A stretch of 64,000 bases of DNA from Trichosphaerium sp. ATCC 40318 (Eukaryota > Protista > Tubulinea). The notes below the pieces were generated by a model, which saw only the letters and a program-made list of their open reading frames with translations, was not told where the DNA came from and searched no databases. Location of the stretch: NCBI GenBank assembly GCA_038496445.1, contig JALMLS010000397.1, positions 328,590-392,589 of the forward strand. The letters run 5' to 3'. Every line of letters starts with the position of its first letter. Position 1 is the stretch's first letter. Below are positions 12,001 to 24,980 of this stretch, one piece after another. Both the position numbers and the translations under genes were made by a program.

Positions 12001-15000
12001 CAGCAAGCGCGAGAGCGTGAGCGTGAGGTAAGAATATCTAATCATTGTGTTCTTGTAGATGGTCTTATTTATTGGCTTTGTAGCTTTGGGAAGAAGAAAC
12101 ACGCGCTGAGAAGGCTAGACAACGGAAAACAAATGATAGTCGAAAGAAAGCTAGGCAAAAAAAGAAGCGACAGAGAGCTAAGCAACAAGAAAAGGCCAAA
12201 GCACGACAGGTGAGCGTAGAGAAAGTTAGCACGTAGCTGGCATGGTTTACACGGTTTTTTTTTTCGTTTCCGGCCAGTAGATTGTACCCTAACAGTTATT
12301 TAAAGGCAACACATGCTAAAGCCAATGGAAAAAAGAAGACAGGGAACACTAAGAAATCCGCTGAAGCTAAAAGTCACAATACAAACGCTAAAGTTAAGAA
12401 TAGCAACCAGTCTACGGCGTCAGATAAATCTACTCAACAGTCTAATCAAAGGACAAACGGTTCCAAACCAAAGGCTACAAAACAGGTACAGTGTTCACTA
12501 CAATCAGTTGACATGTTCCTAAACGAGTTTCCCTGTAGCCGGCCGTAAAAGTCCAGCCAAAGCAAGCAGCTCCAAAAAAGCCCAAAGAACCAATTGTACA
12601 GCAGGTATCGCTCAATATGAACAATGTACCTGAAGAAGAAACATGGTCAGCCATACCTGATCAAACGTGGTCTTCTCTGCCTGATTCACCTGAAAAGAAG
12701 CGTAACAGGCGAAGAGGTCGTCGAAAGACATCACACACCAATGGCGTACAAAACAATTTTAATTTTGCTGAACTCACTGGCTGTTTGTCTTACTGTAAAC
12801 AATAGCATGCTACCAATCATCAAAGTAATTCTGCTACACAAGCAGCAAAAGTAGCTGCGACGACTACAAAGGCTCCAATTAAGGTCATGCCACGTAAGGA
12901 AACACAAATCAAAGCAGCTAAACCAAAGCAACGACGTATGAGATATATTTTTTAAGTTTATCTTTGTTATAACTTACAATGAAATAGAGCCGGTTGTAGC
13001 AAAACCACCACAAAGAAAAATAGTTGGTGGTGCCACCAAGCTAGGCAACCAAAACTCACAGAATTCACAAGCTACAGCTTCTCAAGGACAACATAATCGC
13101 CACACTACTGTTCCTTCTGCTCCATATCAAGCACCTCCATCTTATTCGCCAATGATTTACGGTGTTCCTCCTGATAATAGAGTGTACACAGATATGTCAT
13201 ACAAGAACACAGGAGCAATGGTAAGCTGTTCAACTTGCTTTGACATTGAAAGACTCATTTTATTGTAGAATGCCGTACAAGTAAAAACGCCATATGTAAG
13301 GCAACCATATATGGGTCAGTCATTCCCTGCTTACAGTAGCAACATGCGCGCAGCACCAGGTACTTTCCTTTCTACTCTTGTGGTCTTAGACTTAAACTAT
13401 CTCTTACACTTGAGTATTAGGTCCTAACGTTACACCACCTTATGCTATGCCCAAGTATAACCCTAACATGCACAATGGCCACATGCCAAAAGTTCAACCA
13501 GTCAAATCAAAAACAGTACGGTGGTTTTTTTGTTGTAGCCATTTTTCATGGGTTTTTCCCTTCTGACTTCAGTTCTAGCCTTCTGTTATCAAGAAAACTA
13601 ATCTCCCTACTCCTATAATTAATGATCCTGTTGAGGAGTCTACTAGTGCTACAACTCCTTATGATAGCGAAATCAAGGTACGACAAATTCGCGGATTTTT
13701 TTTTTCACTATTTAGTGCGCTAATTCTTGGAAATCTTTAGGGTCTCATAGACTCTCTTCTAACAGAAGATGTTGATGACCATCATATCCAAAGTAATGGT
13801 GTGAACGGTATGTTAACTCCAAATCGCCTAAATGGACCACAAAAACCCGGTATGATGACTCCAATGTCGTGGTCGTCTCCTATACAACTAAAGAGAAGAG
13901 AACAAAATCTAAAAAAAGATAAATCTCCTAACCCTCTTTTTTCTAATCCCTCAAACCTTCCACAACTACCACCTAGTATAGTATCGTCTCAGAAACAAAA
14001 CAAACCTTCAAGGAGTAGTACCTCAGGCCTTGGTATGCTTAGTGAGCTTCGTAAAGACTCAGAACTTGTTGCTGATGCAAAACGTCATGTTATGAATGCT
14101 AGAGGTATTGATGGGTTGTCAATGGATCAGAGGCTTATTCTTGCTTTTCATGTTGTTCGTTACTCAACAATTACAACACATAGTAAGCGTAAACCGCTTA
14201 GCTTTTATGCATGGCTTGAATTAATGACATTGGCTGATCCTGACTTGGATATAACAAAAACAGTGTATAATAAGAATTTAGATAAACTAATGAGTGACAT
14301 GGAAAAACATGGATTCATCAAGTACGTTTTATTTTCGTTTGAGAGCACAAGAACAAAAATCAGAAAAAAAAACCAATTTTTTTTGACGCATTGTTGGTCT
14401 CTTGGTGCACTAGGACGTTTTTAATTTTTTCCTTTTCTGCATTCAAGTACTAGTTTGCACTGTTTTTTGTCCATTAATTATGTTGTGACTAATTTTTTAC
14501 GCCTAGAACCCAAGTATTAAAATCAAGTGGTGAAAAATGTATTACACATATTTATCCTAGATTATGTCTTTGTGTTTTATGTGGTAAGAGACCTGTTCAT
14601 TCTGTATTACATCCTTGCTTTCATACTATATGTAAACACTGCTTTGAAAGAGATAAGAAGAGGCAAATACAACCTATTGGAAAACCAAGTGTACAACAAA
14701 CTACAAAGTGCTTATTTTGCTTTAAACAAGCTACACTAAAAACAATTGTTATTGAAAGACCTTCATCTGGAGACCATCAAAATTCTTTTCCTTCCCTTCC
14801 TGTAGGAGAAGGAAGTGTAGGTGGAGGATCAACAACCAATACTCAGAAACTAGTAAAGAATGGTGGTGGATATAATGGCACAAGCATTGGAGTTCAACAA
14901 AAATCAAAATGGGGTACTCCTGATTCTCCTCAAATTCCACCTGGTGTTCTTTCTTCATCTCCTTCTATTGTTAATTCATCTCATCGACGTTTGAATGGTA

Positions 15001-15152
15001 GTAGTAATAACAATGTGGTATCACGTGATAATAATAGTAACAACACGTGGCCTCGGACTTTTAATTCAGAAGTTGGAAACAGTAATGGTAGTTCACATGG
15101 TGTTTCTTCTAATGGTGGTACACAGTTGTATCGGCCGAATGGTGTAAGCTAG
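9077..15152 (+). CDS. NST1: Stress-response protein Nst1-like (NST1 domain), long low-complexity multi-exon gene
   Basis: Conserved blocks ERRKLRSFWLCLNEKEKAKLIRLEKTTVLKKMKEQNKITCMCSVCGRRRIALEEELESLYHTYYEDLE, DGKDFLDIIERRAERRM and EEGKRIFQLFATKLFEQRVLAAFREQ match fungal Nst1 motifs. Start and end were obtained by manual splicing. Confidence 0.85.
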
Positions 15153-15356
15153 AATTTATTGGTTGTAACATAATAGGAAAAAAAAACTTTGAAATGCAAA
15201 AAAGTACTTGTTTTTCTGTCTTCTCCTTAGAGTCAACTATTTTTCATTTTACTCTAGGTGAGATCTTAGCTCCTTACTTGTAGCCATAAGAAAGTTACGT
15301 AGTAAAAGTATTTCACCGTTAGGAGTGATCGGAATTCTGAAAAAAAGAAAAAAAGA

Positions 15357-15457
15357 TCACAAGGTTTAAGTCTCCCGCTTGACTAACCGTGGACACATGC
15401 TTAGTACCTCTGGTGTCTATCTTACAGAGTAGGTGAGAGGTAGTCTAAGCAACAAGT
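15357..15457 (+). ncRNA. Candidate two-hairpin (H/ACA-snoRNA-like) RNA
   Basis: Hairpin 1: tcac..ggtt..agtc/gact..aacc..gtgg (15357-15392). Hinge ACACAT. Hairpin 2: tgcttag-tacctct..ctatct/agagtag..agaggta-ctaagca (15398-15451), followed by ACA. Intergenic. The H box is imperfect. Confidence 0.25.
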
Positions 15458-15648
15458 TGTGGACTAAAAGTATGGGACGGGCAAATTCGTTTTGGCCGCT
15501 TGCAGGAAATAGTGCCAGCGCACCAACTATTACTTTTATGGCTGTTTTGCGTCTTGTGGTTTGAACATCAAAACTGAAGTGAATTATCACTTAAACGGCA
15601 TAAAACACATACCAATACAAGCAAACAAGCTTCTCTGTACCTATAAGC

Positions 15649-17160
15649 ATGGCAAACGAACAACAAACATTGAGCAATCTTATTCAGAAAGGTAGGCGTT
15701 AAATGACGTTTACTTTCCACAACTTGTTAAAACTACGCGTGGAAAGCCAATATTCGAACGAATTGGAGCTAATCACAAAGTAGATTATGACAGTCACCAC
15801 ATTGAATACAATGGATACTTTACAAATCATACTTTACACGCGATGGTAGCATTAAAACACCTTGGTGGTACGTCAGCGATAATGAACATTATTTCTGCAA
15901 ACAACATATTTGTTTTGATTTCTTGCTCACTGTTGTTTAGCATCAAGTGATAGGATGACAGAGTATTACAATAAGTATGAATTAGATACAGGATTTGGTA
16001 TGTAAAAGCTTACAGTCCTAAAAGTGACATTGGTTAGGTGGAAAATCGTTAGAACCGAAAATAGACTCTAAGTCAATAGTCAACAAAGAAAATTGGAAGG
16101 AATTGCTTGGGTTATCTCAAAACTATGCAGGATTATGTAAATTCTTCTATAATGAGTATAAACGTCTTGGTTCTAAAACTAAACTGGCACGTGATATACT
16201 CTAAAAAAAAATAACAACATTGCTTACTTTACCTTCTATAACAGATAAACGAATATGTACCACAGCTCATGAGTGGGGTATCAGGAGCTGCGTTCCATGG
16301 TCTCATACATCTTGGTTTTGGTTTAAAGAGCGATACTATCATTGGTGCAACATCTGGACTTGCTTATCTTGCCTTTTCGTACCTTGATGCAGGAAAATTA
16401 CTATCAACAAGTACGATTTTTTGAATACAAGTTGCTGTTGCCAACAACAAGTTTAGGCGGTTCAGATAACATCCTGTCTATTGTAACTTCAGTAAGTGAA
16501 GATAAGAATATTGCAAAATGCCTTGATGGCGTTGAGGGGTTTCAAACACGGGTGAAGACTCTGCTCAAGAGTAAAAATGCAGAGCTACTCGAATATACTT
16601 CTAGATGGAAATTCAGTGATGTAAATGCAGGCTTAGATGAACTCAAAAAAGGATCAATGTTGGTGTTTTCTAAAGCAGGTTGTAATGACTTCTTCCTACT
16701 CCACGGTGTAACAGGTTGCTACTCAATTTCTCAGGTACATGAATGAGACTGAATCATAGTAAACAAAGATGTCACAACAGCAAACACTAACTCGGTTTTT
16801 TTGCTGTAGATTTTCAATGTTCTCCAGAAGGATGAGGATAAAAGTAGTCTGTTGCGTTATTTTCTTCATGGACTTATTGTAGCATATATTGTACAAGGAC
16901 AAAAACCACTAAATGTAAAAATACCTAGCACTAAATTGTCATGGGATGATATTTCCAGACAAGCAATTCAACATGCTGATGAGCATGTTATAAAAGGAGT
17001 TCTTGTTTGCAAGGATTATTATCAACAAATGGGAACTGAATTATTTGCTGACACATCGTCGCACATGCTGTCTCAAATTAAGGTGAGCAAGGACACACTA
17101 TAAATCAAAACTTAACATTGTTTTTAGGATACTAGCAGTTGGTTTTCAAGGAACGAGTGA
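15649..17160 (+). CDS. Questin oxidase / AflY-HypA family oxidoreductase (DUF4243)
   Basis: Motifs HIEYNGYFTNHTLHAMVALKHLG, SGAAFHGLIHLGFG..SGLAYL, DFFLLHGVTG and DEHVIK are characteristic of this His-rich family. Confidence 0.85.
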
Positions 17161-17527
17161 GTTGTACAACAGCTTTTTGTGGCTCTTTATAAATAAAACA
17201 TCAAGTTGGCAGTAGAAATACCATTGGCATAGTTCATTAGCGAGGAAGTTTCCAGTGTAACAATTGTTGGTGAGTAGCAATTCTAATTAATCTCGTTGAA
17301 GTAATGTGATAACAAAATACGTTGAAGTGAACCAGAAACCGACAAAATATTCAGAGTTTGAGAAATATTGCACGCAGCATGGCACGAAATGTCTTTTAGC
17401 GAAAGCAATACAAAGAATGTTAGAGGTATTACAAGTAGCTATTCTCAGTACATGTTGTGCAGCACGTGTTACTTGATGTTTTAAGTTTTTTTATAGAAGT
17501 ACAGCGTTTTATTTTTTTGGTGTTAAA

Positions 17528-20500
17528 TCAAAGTTCATACATTTGTGGTTTACTATACTCTGACCTTGCGGATGAACTCTCATCTATTGTATTACCCACA
17601 CTTGTCATTTCATCTAATCCTGTAGCAACACTTTGTTTTACAGGTAAATCAGTGTAATTAGATGCACTTTCTTTCTCTGAATTCATCTCAGAATTACTAT
17701 CGTTCAAATCTGCGTCGAACTGTGCAAGTGAGTCTAGTACGTTTACACCTGGTCTTGGTGGCAATACGTTGTAATTTGCGCTTATATTGAGTTGTGGTTC
17801 TTCATTCTCGTCATCTTTAAATTCAGTCAACTCAACACCTATTGCATTTTGTTCTTCTTCATCTTCTTCGTAGTCTGTTCCGACTTCATCATAACTCTTT
17901 TTTGTTTTTGAAAATGTATTCTTTAAAAAGTTACTTAGACTGGATGCCCTTCGTTTTCTCTTTATGATTGGACTCTCCTTTGATGATCCAATTGTTTTTC
18001 TTTTATCAGAGAGAATTGTTGCATCAGAAGTATCATCAGTACATATCATATCTACTCCAATGAGAAAAAAACAAGAAGAAGTTTGCCCAAAAAAAAAAAG
18101 AACCACGTCTTTTTTGCGCGAGAGTTGTTTGTTTCTGGATAAAATACAACGTTTCCATGATAGTCAACCAAAAAAATACTGAGGATACTTCCCAAATGTC
18201 GTCGAAAGAAAAGATAAAAATGAAATCATTTTTTGTTAATAAGTTTGTTACGTTTTGATTTGGCTGACGTGGCTCAATACGTACTCATGTTGTGTACTTC
18301 TGGCATATGAAATTGGTTTGCAATGGTACTAAACGTAGGTCTATCACTAGGATCAAACGCCCAGCATTGCTTCATGAGAACTTGTAGGTACGTATTACAA
18401 CGCTTCTTATTTATTTCCGGTGTTTGGCCATGTCGAATTTTTAGGACAACGTCCGAAGATTCTTCGAAACCGTATGGTCTGTGACAATGTATAAGCTCGT
18501 ATACGAGCATACCAAAAGACCTATATTACTTAAGTTAACTTGTTGTGATAAAATAGAAGAGAACCTCTAAGATGTCAAAGTAGAAATTCAGTTTTGGTTC
18601 GGTAACTTACCACACGTCTCCTTTGAGTCCAAAAGTAAGATTGAAGTTCTCTGGAGCCATCCTATGAATTATTAGATGATTGATTACTATAGACTAATTG
18701 TACCATCGCAGAGGCCCCTGGTAGGTGTTTTTTTCAGTTACAATTTCATCCTTGTTAGCTAGTACTCTAGCTAATCCAAAGCTTCTAATTTTTGGTCTGT
18801 TCTGGTGATCAAGTAATATATTTCTACAAGCGATATCTCTATGAAGAACATTGTGCTGGTATAAGCCAGCTAAACCATTCAGAATACCAGTGATGATCTT
18901 ATTAATTTTTTGTGCTGGTAGGCGTTTCTTAGTCTTGTACAACTGTTCCAAGGTTCCTACAACAAAAAATATATTAGATTTTTTTAAACTCGTACTGTTA
19001 CTTGTCAGGGATATGTACATATACACATACCTTTACTTAAGTACTCCCTAACTGCTAGTGGTAATCTTTGATCTTTACAGATACCAAAAAAGTGTATCAA
19101 GTTCGGATTATACCTTGAAAGCTGACTAGTTTTTTTTTATTAGAAAATGCATCGGATGAAAAGAAACTTGTATACGAACCGTATCAGATCAACTGTAGCC
19201 ATGTACTCCTTCATAGGTGCAGTCTCTGGTTTATGTAATTGTATTATAGTAACTGGTTGCCCTTTGTACTTTCCTTTATGGTAAGTTGTATTGGCCATAC
19301 GTTCCGTGTCTAACATCACACGTTAAGGGTTAAATAACAAAAAAAAAATCAAGCTTTGCTGAGTTGCAACGTACGCATGATTGCACCGATCTTCAAGTTG
19401 CTGAACTTTACTTGCCCTTCTTGTTCTACAGTACTTCTAGACTTGATAGTTTTTACAGGTGGGGTAGGATCATCATGACTTCTGTAAAGCCAATAATAGA
19501 CGCCTACGAAAGCTGCTACCATTACTACAATAGTTACAGCAAGTACGCCTACAAGAACAGCTGCAGCATCGTTACTATTTCCCTGGGCATTTACACCTGC
19601 ATTAGAAGATCCAGGTACTTCCACTGCAGTAGGTACAGGTTCCAACACCGTAAAACTCAGTGCCTAAAAACCGAGGTTAGTCTTTAACTACGTTTGATTA
19701 AAAAAAGCAATCTCACTTGTTGAGTAAAGTATGATTTAACTGGAGTTCTTAGTTCGACGTTAACTAATAGTTCAGAGGCTCCTGATGGCACTCGAGATAT
19801 ATCTAAAGTATAGCATTTTGCATCTGTACCACCTAGAAGTTAGTTGTAAGAATGAGTTGTATGAATCATTTGGGTTTGGTATCACGTGCCTGTTGTATTA
19901 CTACACAAAGCATCGCCTATTTCCGTTACTGAGTATACTTGTCGTTTATCGTTAAAGCCTCCTTCGCTATCACTAGCTTTGCCTACTGAAACTATAGTTT
20001 CTAGGTCATCATCAAAACCTTCTGAGGATTCAACGATAATATAGATTGTAGTTTCTGGTTCTACTTCTGTTACATCTGTTTGGTTGACAAGTGACGTCGT
20101 TGTTGTGATAATTAAATCACTTGTTGGGTCTCCTTTTAAGTCATAACATACAGTAAAAGGGTGAAAGTTATCAGGTGTTGTTGGAGGTCTTTGTCTATAA
20201 CAGTGTTAAAATTGTTGCGGAGCAAGAAAAAAAAGAAGGAAACAAGCAAGATGACATACACAGGCACTCCAGCTATCGTTAATGTTGTTCCTACTAGGAG
20301 ACCATGTACTATTAGATACCTAGAACCAATAGGAACTACACCATAGTATATTTGTCTGTTCTGCAAGCCGTCACCTGTTTATTTTTGTTAGTGTTGGTAT
20401 GAGTGCACTCACAAATATTTTTTACCTTCTTTGATAACCCACTTTATATCATAGTCATCAATAGCAACAATGATGGCATTAGCATCACCTACATAAATGA

Positions 20501-23500
20501 GTGCTGACTGAAACTAATACTTTCATGTACCAGATCCTGGTATAATCGTAGTATGTGTTCCATTAGTAAGTTCTAGATACCCAGCTGTAGTCCCTCTACC
20601 AAAATAACCAGATAAAAGGGTTGTTCCATCATCCGAAAAAGTAATATATGAAGCCTCCTATAATTAAGTGAGATCGACCTACCTCTATGCGAAACAATAA
20701 TAGGATAATAATAAAAAACGCACAATCGTCATGGATGTTGGTGCTGCATATCTGGAAATATCGAGCGATGTTTCAAGTGAATCACTTGGAAACTTTTGGA
20801 ATGATAGCACGCCACGATCACTTCCTAGAGTAAATATACTGTTGATTGATGCCATGCCATACGGGGATGCCTCCATATGACCTATGATAACAGTCAGCTA
20901 AGAAGACAAAAAGGTAAAAATGTTATTTGATACTTACGTCCTAGGAATGATTTTGGACATGTCGTACTCTTACATGGTGCAATGACACGTAAGTGTTTGT
21001 GTTCCGAAGGTACGATACTTATATCTGATCCGTTAAACAGTCCAGTGTCATAGTCAGCATAAATGAGTATCTCATTCACTGCCTGTAATGAATTTAATGT
21101 TCCAACATTACCATGTATCACTGTGTATTCTCTGGGTCCTTGGTTGTCTTGTCCAGCTAAACTCACACAAGGGCTATCGAAGCCCACTTTGATAGAAAGG
21201 AATTTTGGATTCTTTGCATTTAGTACAACCCAAGTTGTTCCAATAACGGTACCTACAAGGTGACACCATCAAAAAAAAAAACACTGAAGGATTGTGTAGA
21301 AACCATACTTGTTTCAAAGTGTCCATAAGAGTTAAATTCTCGGATCCAAACTGGTTCAAATAGATCATCTAATTGGGCATAATATCCGTTTTCTATTGGC
21401 CGTAACTGACCGCCTACAAGAACTAGGGTTAATTCTTCATGTTGTGTGCATGAAATTAAAGTGTACCATTCTCACACGCATTGTGCAACTCTGTACAATC
21501 ATACGTGTCACAATAATCGAAATTTTTTTCTACAAGCATTTCTTTCCCAACAGTCACAGGCAGGTTTGTCCTAAAACATCGTATTAGTTTGTAGAAAATA
21601 GGAGTCTAGACTAGAATAGTTTTCTCACTTTGCCATCAGCCACCCAACGTATACTGTGCCCTCCGATGATATAGTAACACTTGTTACATCAGCAAATTCC
21701 ATTACTTTTGACTAAAATAGATTCTTTAGTCAAAATCTTGCATCATAATGTGTACCGAAACAAGCAACTTAGATCCAAGTACTGGGTTATTCACTTTCAT
21801 TACCAATCCGTTCCTTTGATTGGTATGAACTTCTGGTAGCGATCCTGTCAACTCAACTTCCTTAGAGGCTGTAACAAAACAAACACGACCTTGTACGAAG
21901 TAAGAATACATTAAAAAGCTCTATCAGCTAGTATTTTCTAGATACATACCTGTCGTTTGCCCAACGAATACAGACGCTGCCATTACTACAGTGTCATCTT
22001 CGGCAATTGATAACGAACTTTTAAACTTCACTTGTATATCAGTGGTGGTGAGACACTTGAAGAGAAACATGTCTATGATTTCTCCTTTCGGGTTATAATA
22101 CATCAACCCTCCACCACTATATTGTGCCTCCAATTCTATGATAGAATCACCCACCGTAAAGAAACCAGGTGATGACCTCGTATATAGTGATGCCTGGACT
22201 ATTGAAGGGGTTGAATAAGCACGTGACATGGGTGGAAACAACAATCTTTAGGCGTACAATAAACAATCGAATTGGATCTTGAGTCACGAACTGAATTCCC
22301 AAATTGCAGCTTTAGGTTCGTATTTTCTACTGGCAACACCTTAAGCCAAGCAACAGATGGTTTAATGAATTTGCCCTCAGCATCTTATACAAGTTAGAAG
22401 GCAAGAAGTATACCAAAAATAAGTAATTTGTACCTCCACGAATTGGTGTTACTGCAGCGGGTTCGGCACTGGGTGGTTTCAAAAATACTGGTGGGTCTGT
22501 AGCAGGCTCAGTGAACCCAACACGATTTAATACATACGTGTTACCATTAGTAACCTCGAATATAATACTCCTAACATGAAGAAATAAGTAAATTAATGCT
22601 TTAGTCTTCCAAGTTTTTTTGAGTTTGTTTCTGATCTAAATGCGCACTCGTGGGTGAATAGGTTCTCTAAACTGACTTGATAGAGTCTCCACGGCGCTTC
22701 CTGTCTTTTAAAAACAGTTATAGTATCGTAGGGATCTTCAAAAGCGCTTTAAGGAAGAAAAATCAAAGTTAGAAGGTGTAAGTCATCTAATAGGTTTTTG
22801 GTACCTAATCTGATATCCTCCTACAAGATGTGCCATGGCCACTATAAGAACTTGTCTTGGCTCATAATAGGTCATGAGCATTGTACGGTCTACAATAAGA
22901 TCATTCAAGCGATTGTCAATAAGATCAGAGAAGATATATGTTTGGTTCCAAGTATCAGAGCGTATATCGTAAGTGTAAAGAGAACATGAAGATTCTGTTT
23001 GAACACCCAAAAAGAATTTCTGTTGGCTTTGGCTCATCTGAGGTCAATGAGTATTTAAAGTTGTAATAAGTTGGTAGTAGTACCGCAGCTCCCCATATTA
23101 TTGAAGACACAAATCCGAGAGTTGTAGGCTGCGCTGTAGGCGGTCCAGTAGCTACTACAGGTGGTAGGCTTTGTGTCTTGTACGCTATCAAAGTTGGTTG
23201 GATATTCGAAACGTTTGTATCAACTTTGTAGCATTCCCAAGGTAGTAAAGAGATTCCAGTATTCATCCAGCAATAAATAATTGTATCTAGTCAAAATGTT
23301 GTTAGAACCTAAGATGGCAAAAAACAGATAAAATGTAAGAACGTACGACCAGGTACATTAGCATTAACAAACGTTTTAACAAAGTTCTTACGACTTCGAT
23401 AAAACCCAAAACTTATTCTATGGTCCTGGAAACCAAGGAACTCAAAGGAGTTCAATGATATTTTACTTTGACCATAAGGTTTGTAGCTTGCAGTAATTCT

Positions 23501-24651
23501 ACTGTTTACTTCCAAGTCAACCTCCGTTACATGTAAATATAGTACACCATCCTCGTTTGCATCAGATTTATCCACTACAAAATGTTATATTCACATTATT
23601 CGAAATAAAGCGCACGTGAAACATTATATGGTACTGTAATAGAGTCAATAGTTTCCGTAGTTGGATTTGGTGTATCAGGAGTAAAGTACCACCTTACAGG
23701 GAGTAAGAACAGGATAAAACAAGAAAGTTGTAATACGCTTGCTAGTTCTACTTACCTTAGCTTTTGGGTAACATCACTATCAATAAAGTGGAGCGCGTAT
23801 AAGTGACCGCCAGGCACAGGTTTACATTGTGTATATTCAAGTCTAAAGTAGGCCTTTGCATTGGCTGTTTCTGTGGTGTGTACTGTTATATTTTTGTTTG
23901 TTCCATACGCAGTATAAACAACATCTTGTGGTAGTAATACAGGAGGGTCTGCAGTCTCATTAATAGTTTGCATGAATATCATACAACCATTCTAGTATCT
24001 TTATTAGATAAAAGAGAAATCACACGAACAACAGAGCGCATTTAGCAGTTACAATAATTTTAAACGTACGTGTATGTCAGGAAGTGTCACTCGTAAACCA
24101 GGAGCACCACTCAAAAGTTCTTGAACCCCCTCTGTAGATAATGTGAGAGCAGAGCCCTGTTTTTTTTTTGTTAGCACAGAGCAAATTTGACAAAAAACCA
24201 TTCAAAAAGTGTCACAAGTTAACGCACTGTGTTCTGACCATAGAAAGCCGCAAGGCCGTCGCTTAGAGCACTCATACGAACTGGTTTTAAAACGTCATCG
24301 TAACCACTAAACCTAATGTTCACCCTGATAAAGCCAGGCTTTCCAGATGTCGCCACACTGTAGTATTGAACATTATTTGCTCTGGAATTTGTTAGTAGTT
24401 CATCGGAAGTGCACTTATAACAAACTGTTCGTACGTCGACTTCTGAGCAAAGTAGATGCGATCGTTAAACTCAAACCCTCCTCCCATCAAATCAGAAGGA
24501 AGAGTTGGAACAACCGTACTGTAAGTTGTTACATAATGTATAACTACCATTTATTAAACGAGAGCAACCCTTGAGAGTACGTCACGGAAAACGTACCAGC
24601 AGAATTGGTGAGAGTGAACGCAATTAGCGCTAGTAAAATAGCTAAGTGCAT
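17528..24651 (-). CDS. Large single-pass receptor with tyrosine-kinase-like (pseudo)kinase domain
   Basis: Signal peptide MHLAILLALIAFTLTNS at 24651. About 5 kb of beta-rich extracellular exons. TM helix AAAVLVGVLAVTIVVMVAAFVGVYYWLY at ~19490-19570. Kinase motifs HRDIACRNILL, GPLRW|MAPE, DVW|SFGM, CWAFDPSDRPTF. Acidic tail ends at 17528. Assignment of all exons to one gene is inferred. Confidence 0.8.
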
Positions 24652-24980
24652 TATAGTGATGCTGCGACTGTAGTCGCAAGTGAGTGCTTGAATAGGAAGC
24701 TCAAATACAACACAAGTCAAACTGGGTTGACATTTACAAGACATGCCAAGGAATTAGTATCATGTCGAACCGAGGGCTATTTAGGTCTGCGCCTGGCAAC
24801 ACACGCAACATGGGAAGGGTGCCAGACCTTTTTTGTAAGGCAGTGGAATTATTACATTCTACAGATGCTGAAAGCACAGAAAAGCTCAGAGTACGCGTTA
24901 AAAAACACTTATATGATAAATTGTAATAAACGTTACAGCTTCTCATTGAACAGCTTCCCTCACCGTCCGAAAAGCGAGAA

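Noticed and set aside
19280-19310. Alternate frame HGTYGQ suggesting a frameshifted kinase Gly loop
   Set aside because: That frame stops after a few codons, whereas the spliced frame is open. The pseudokinase call rests on the VAIK and DFG changes.
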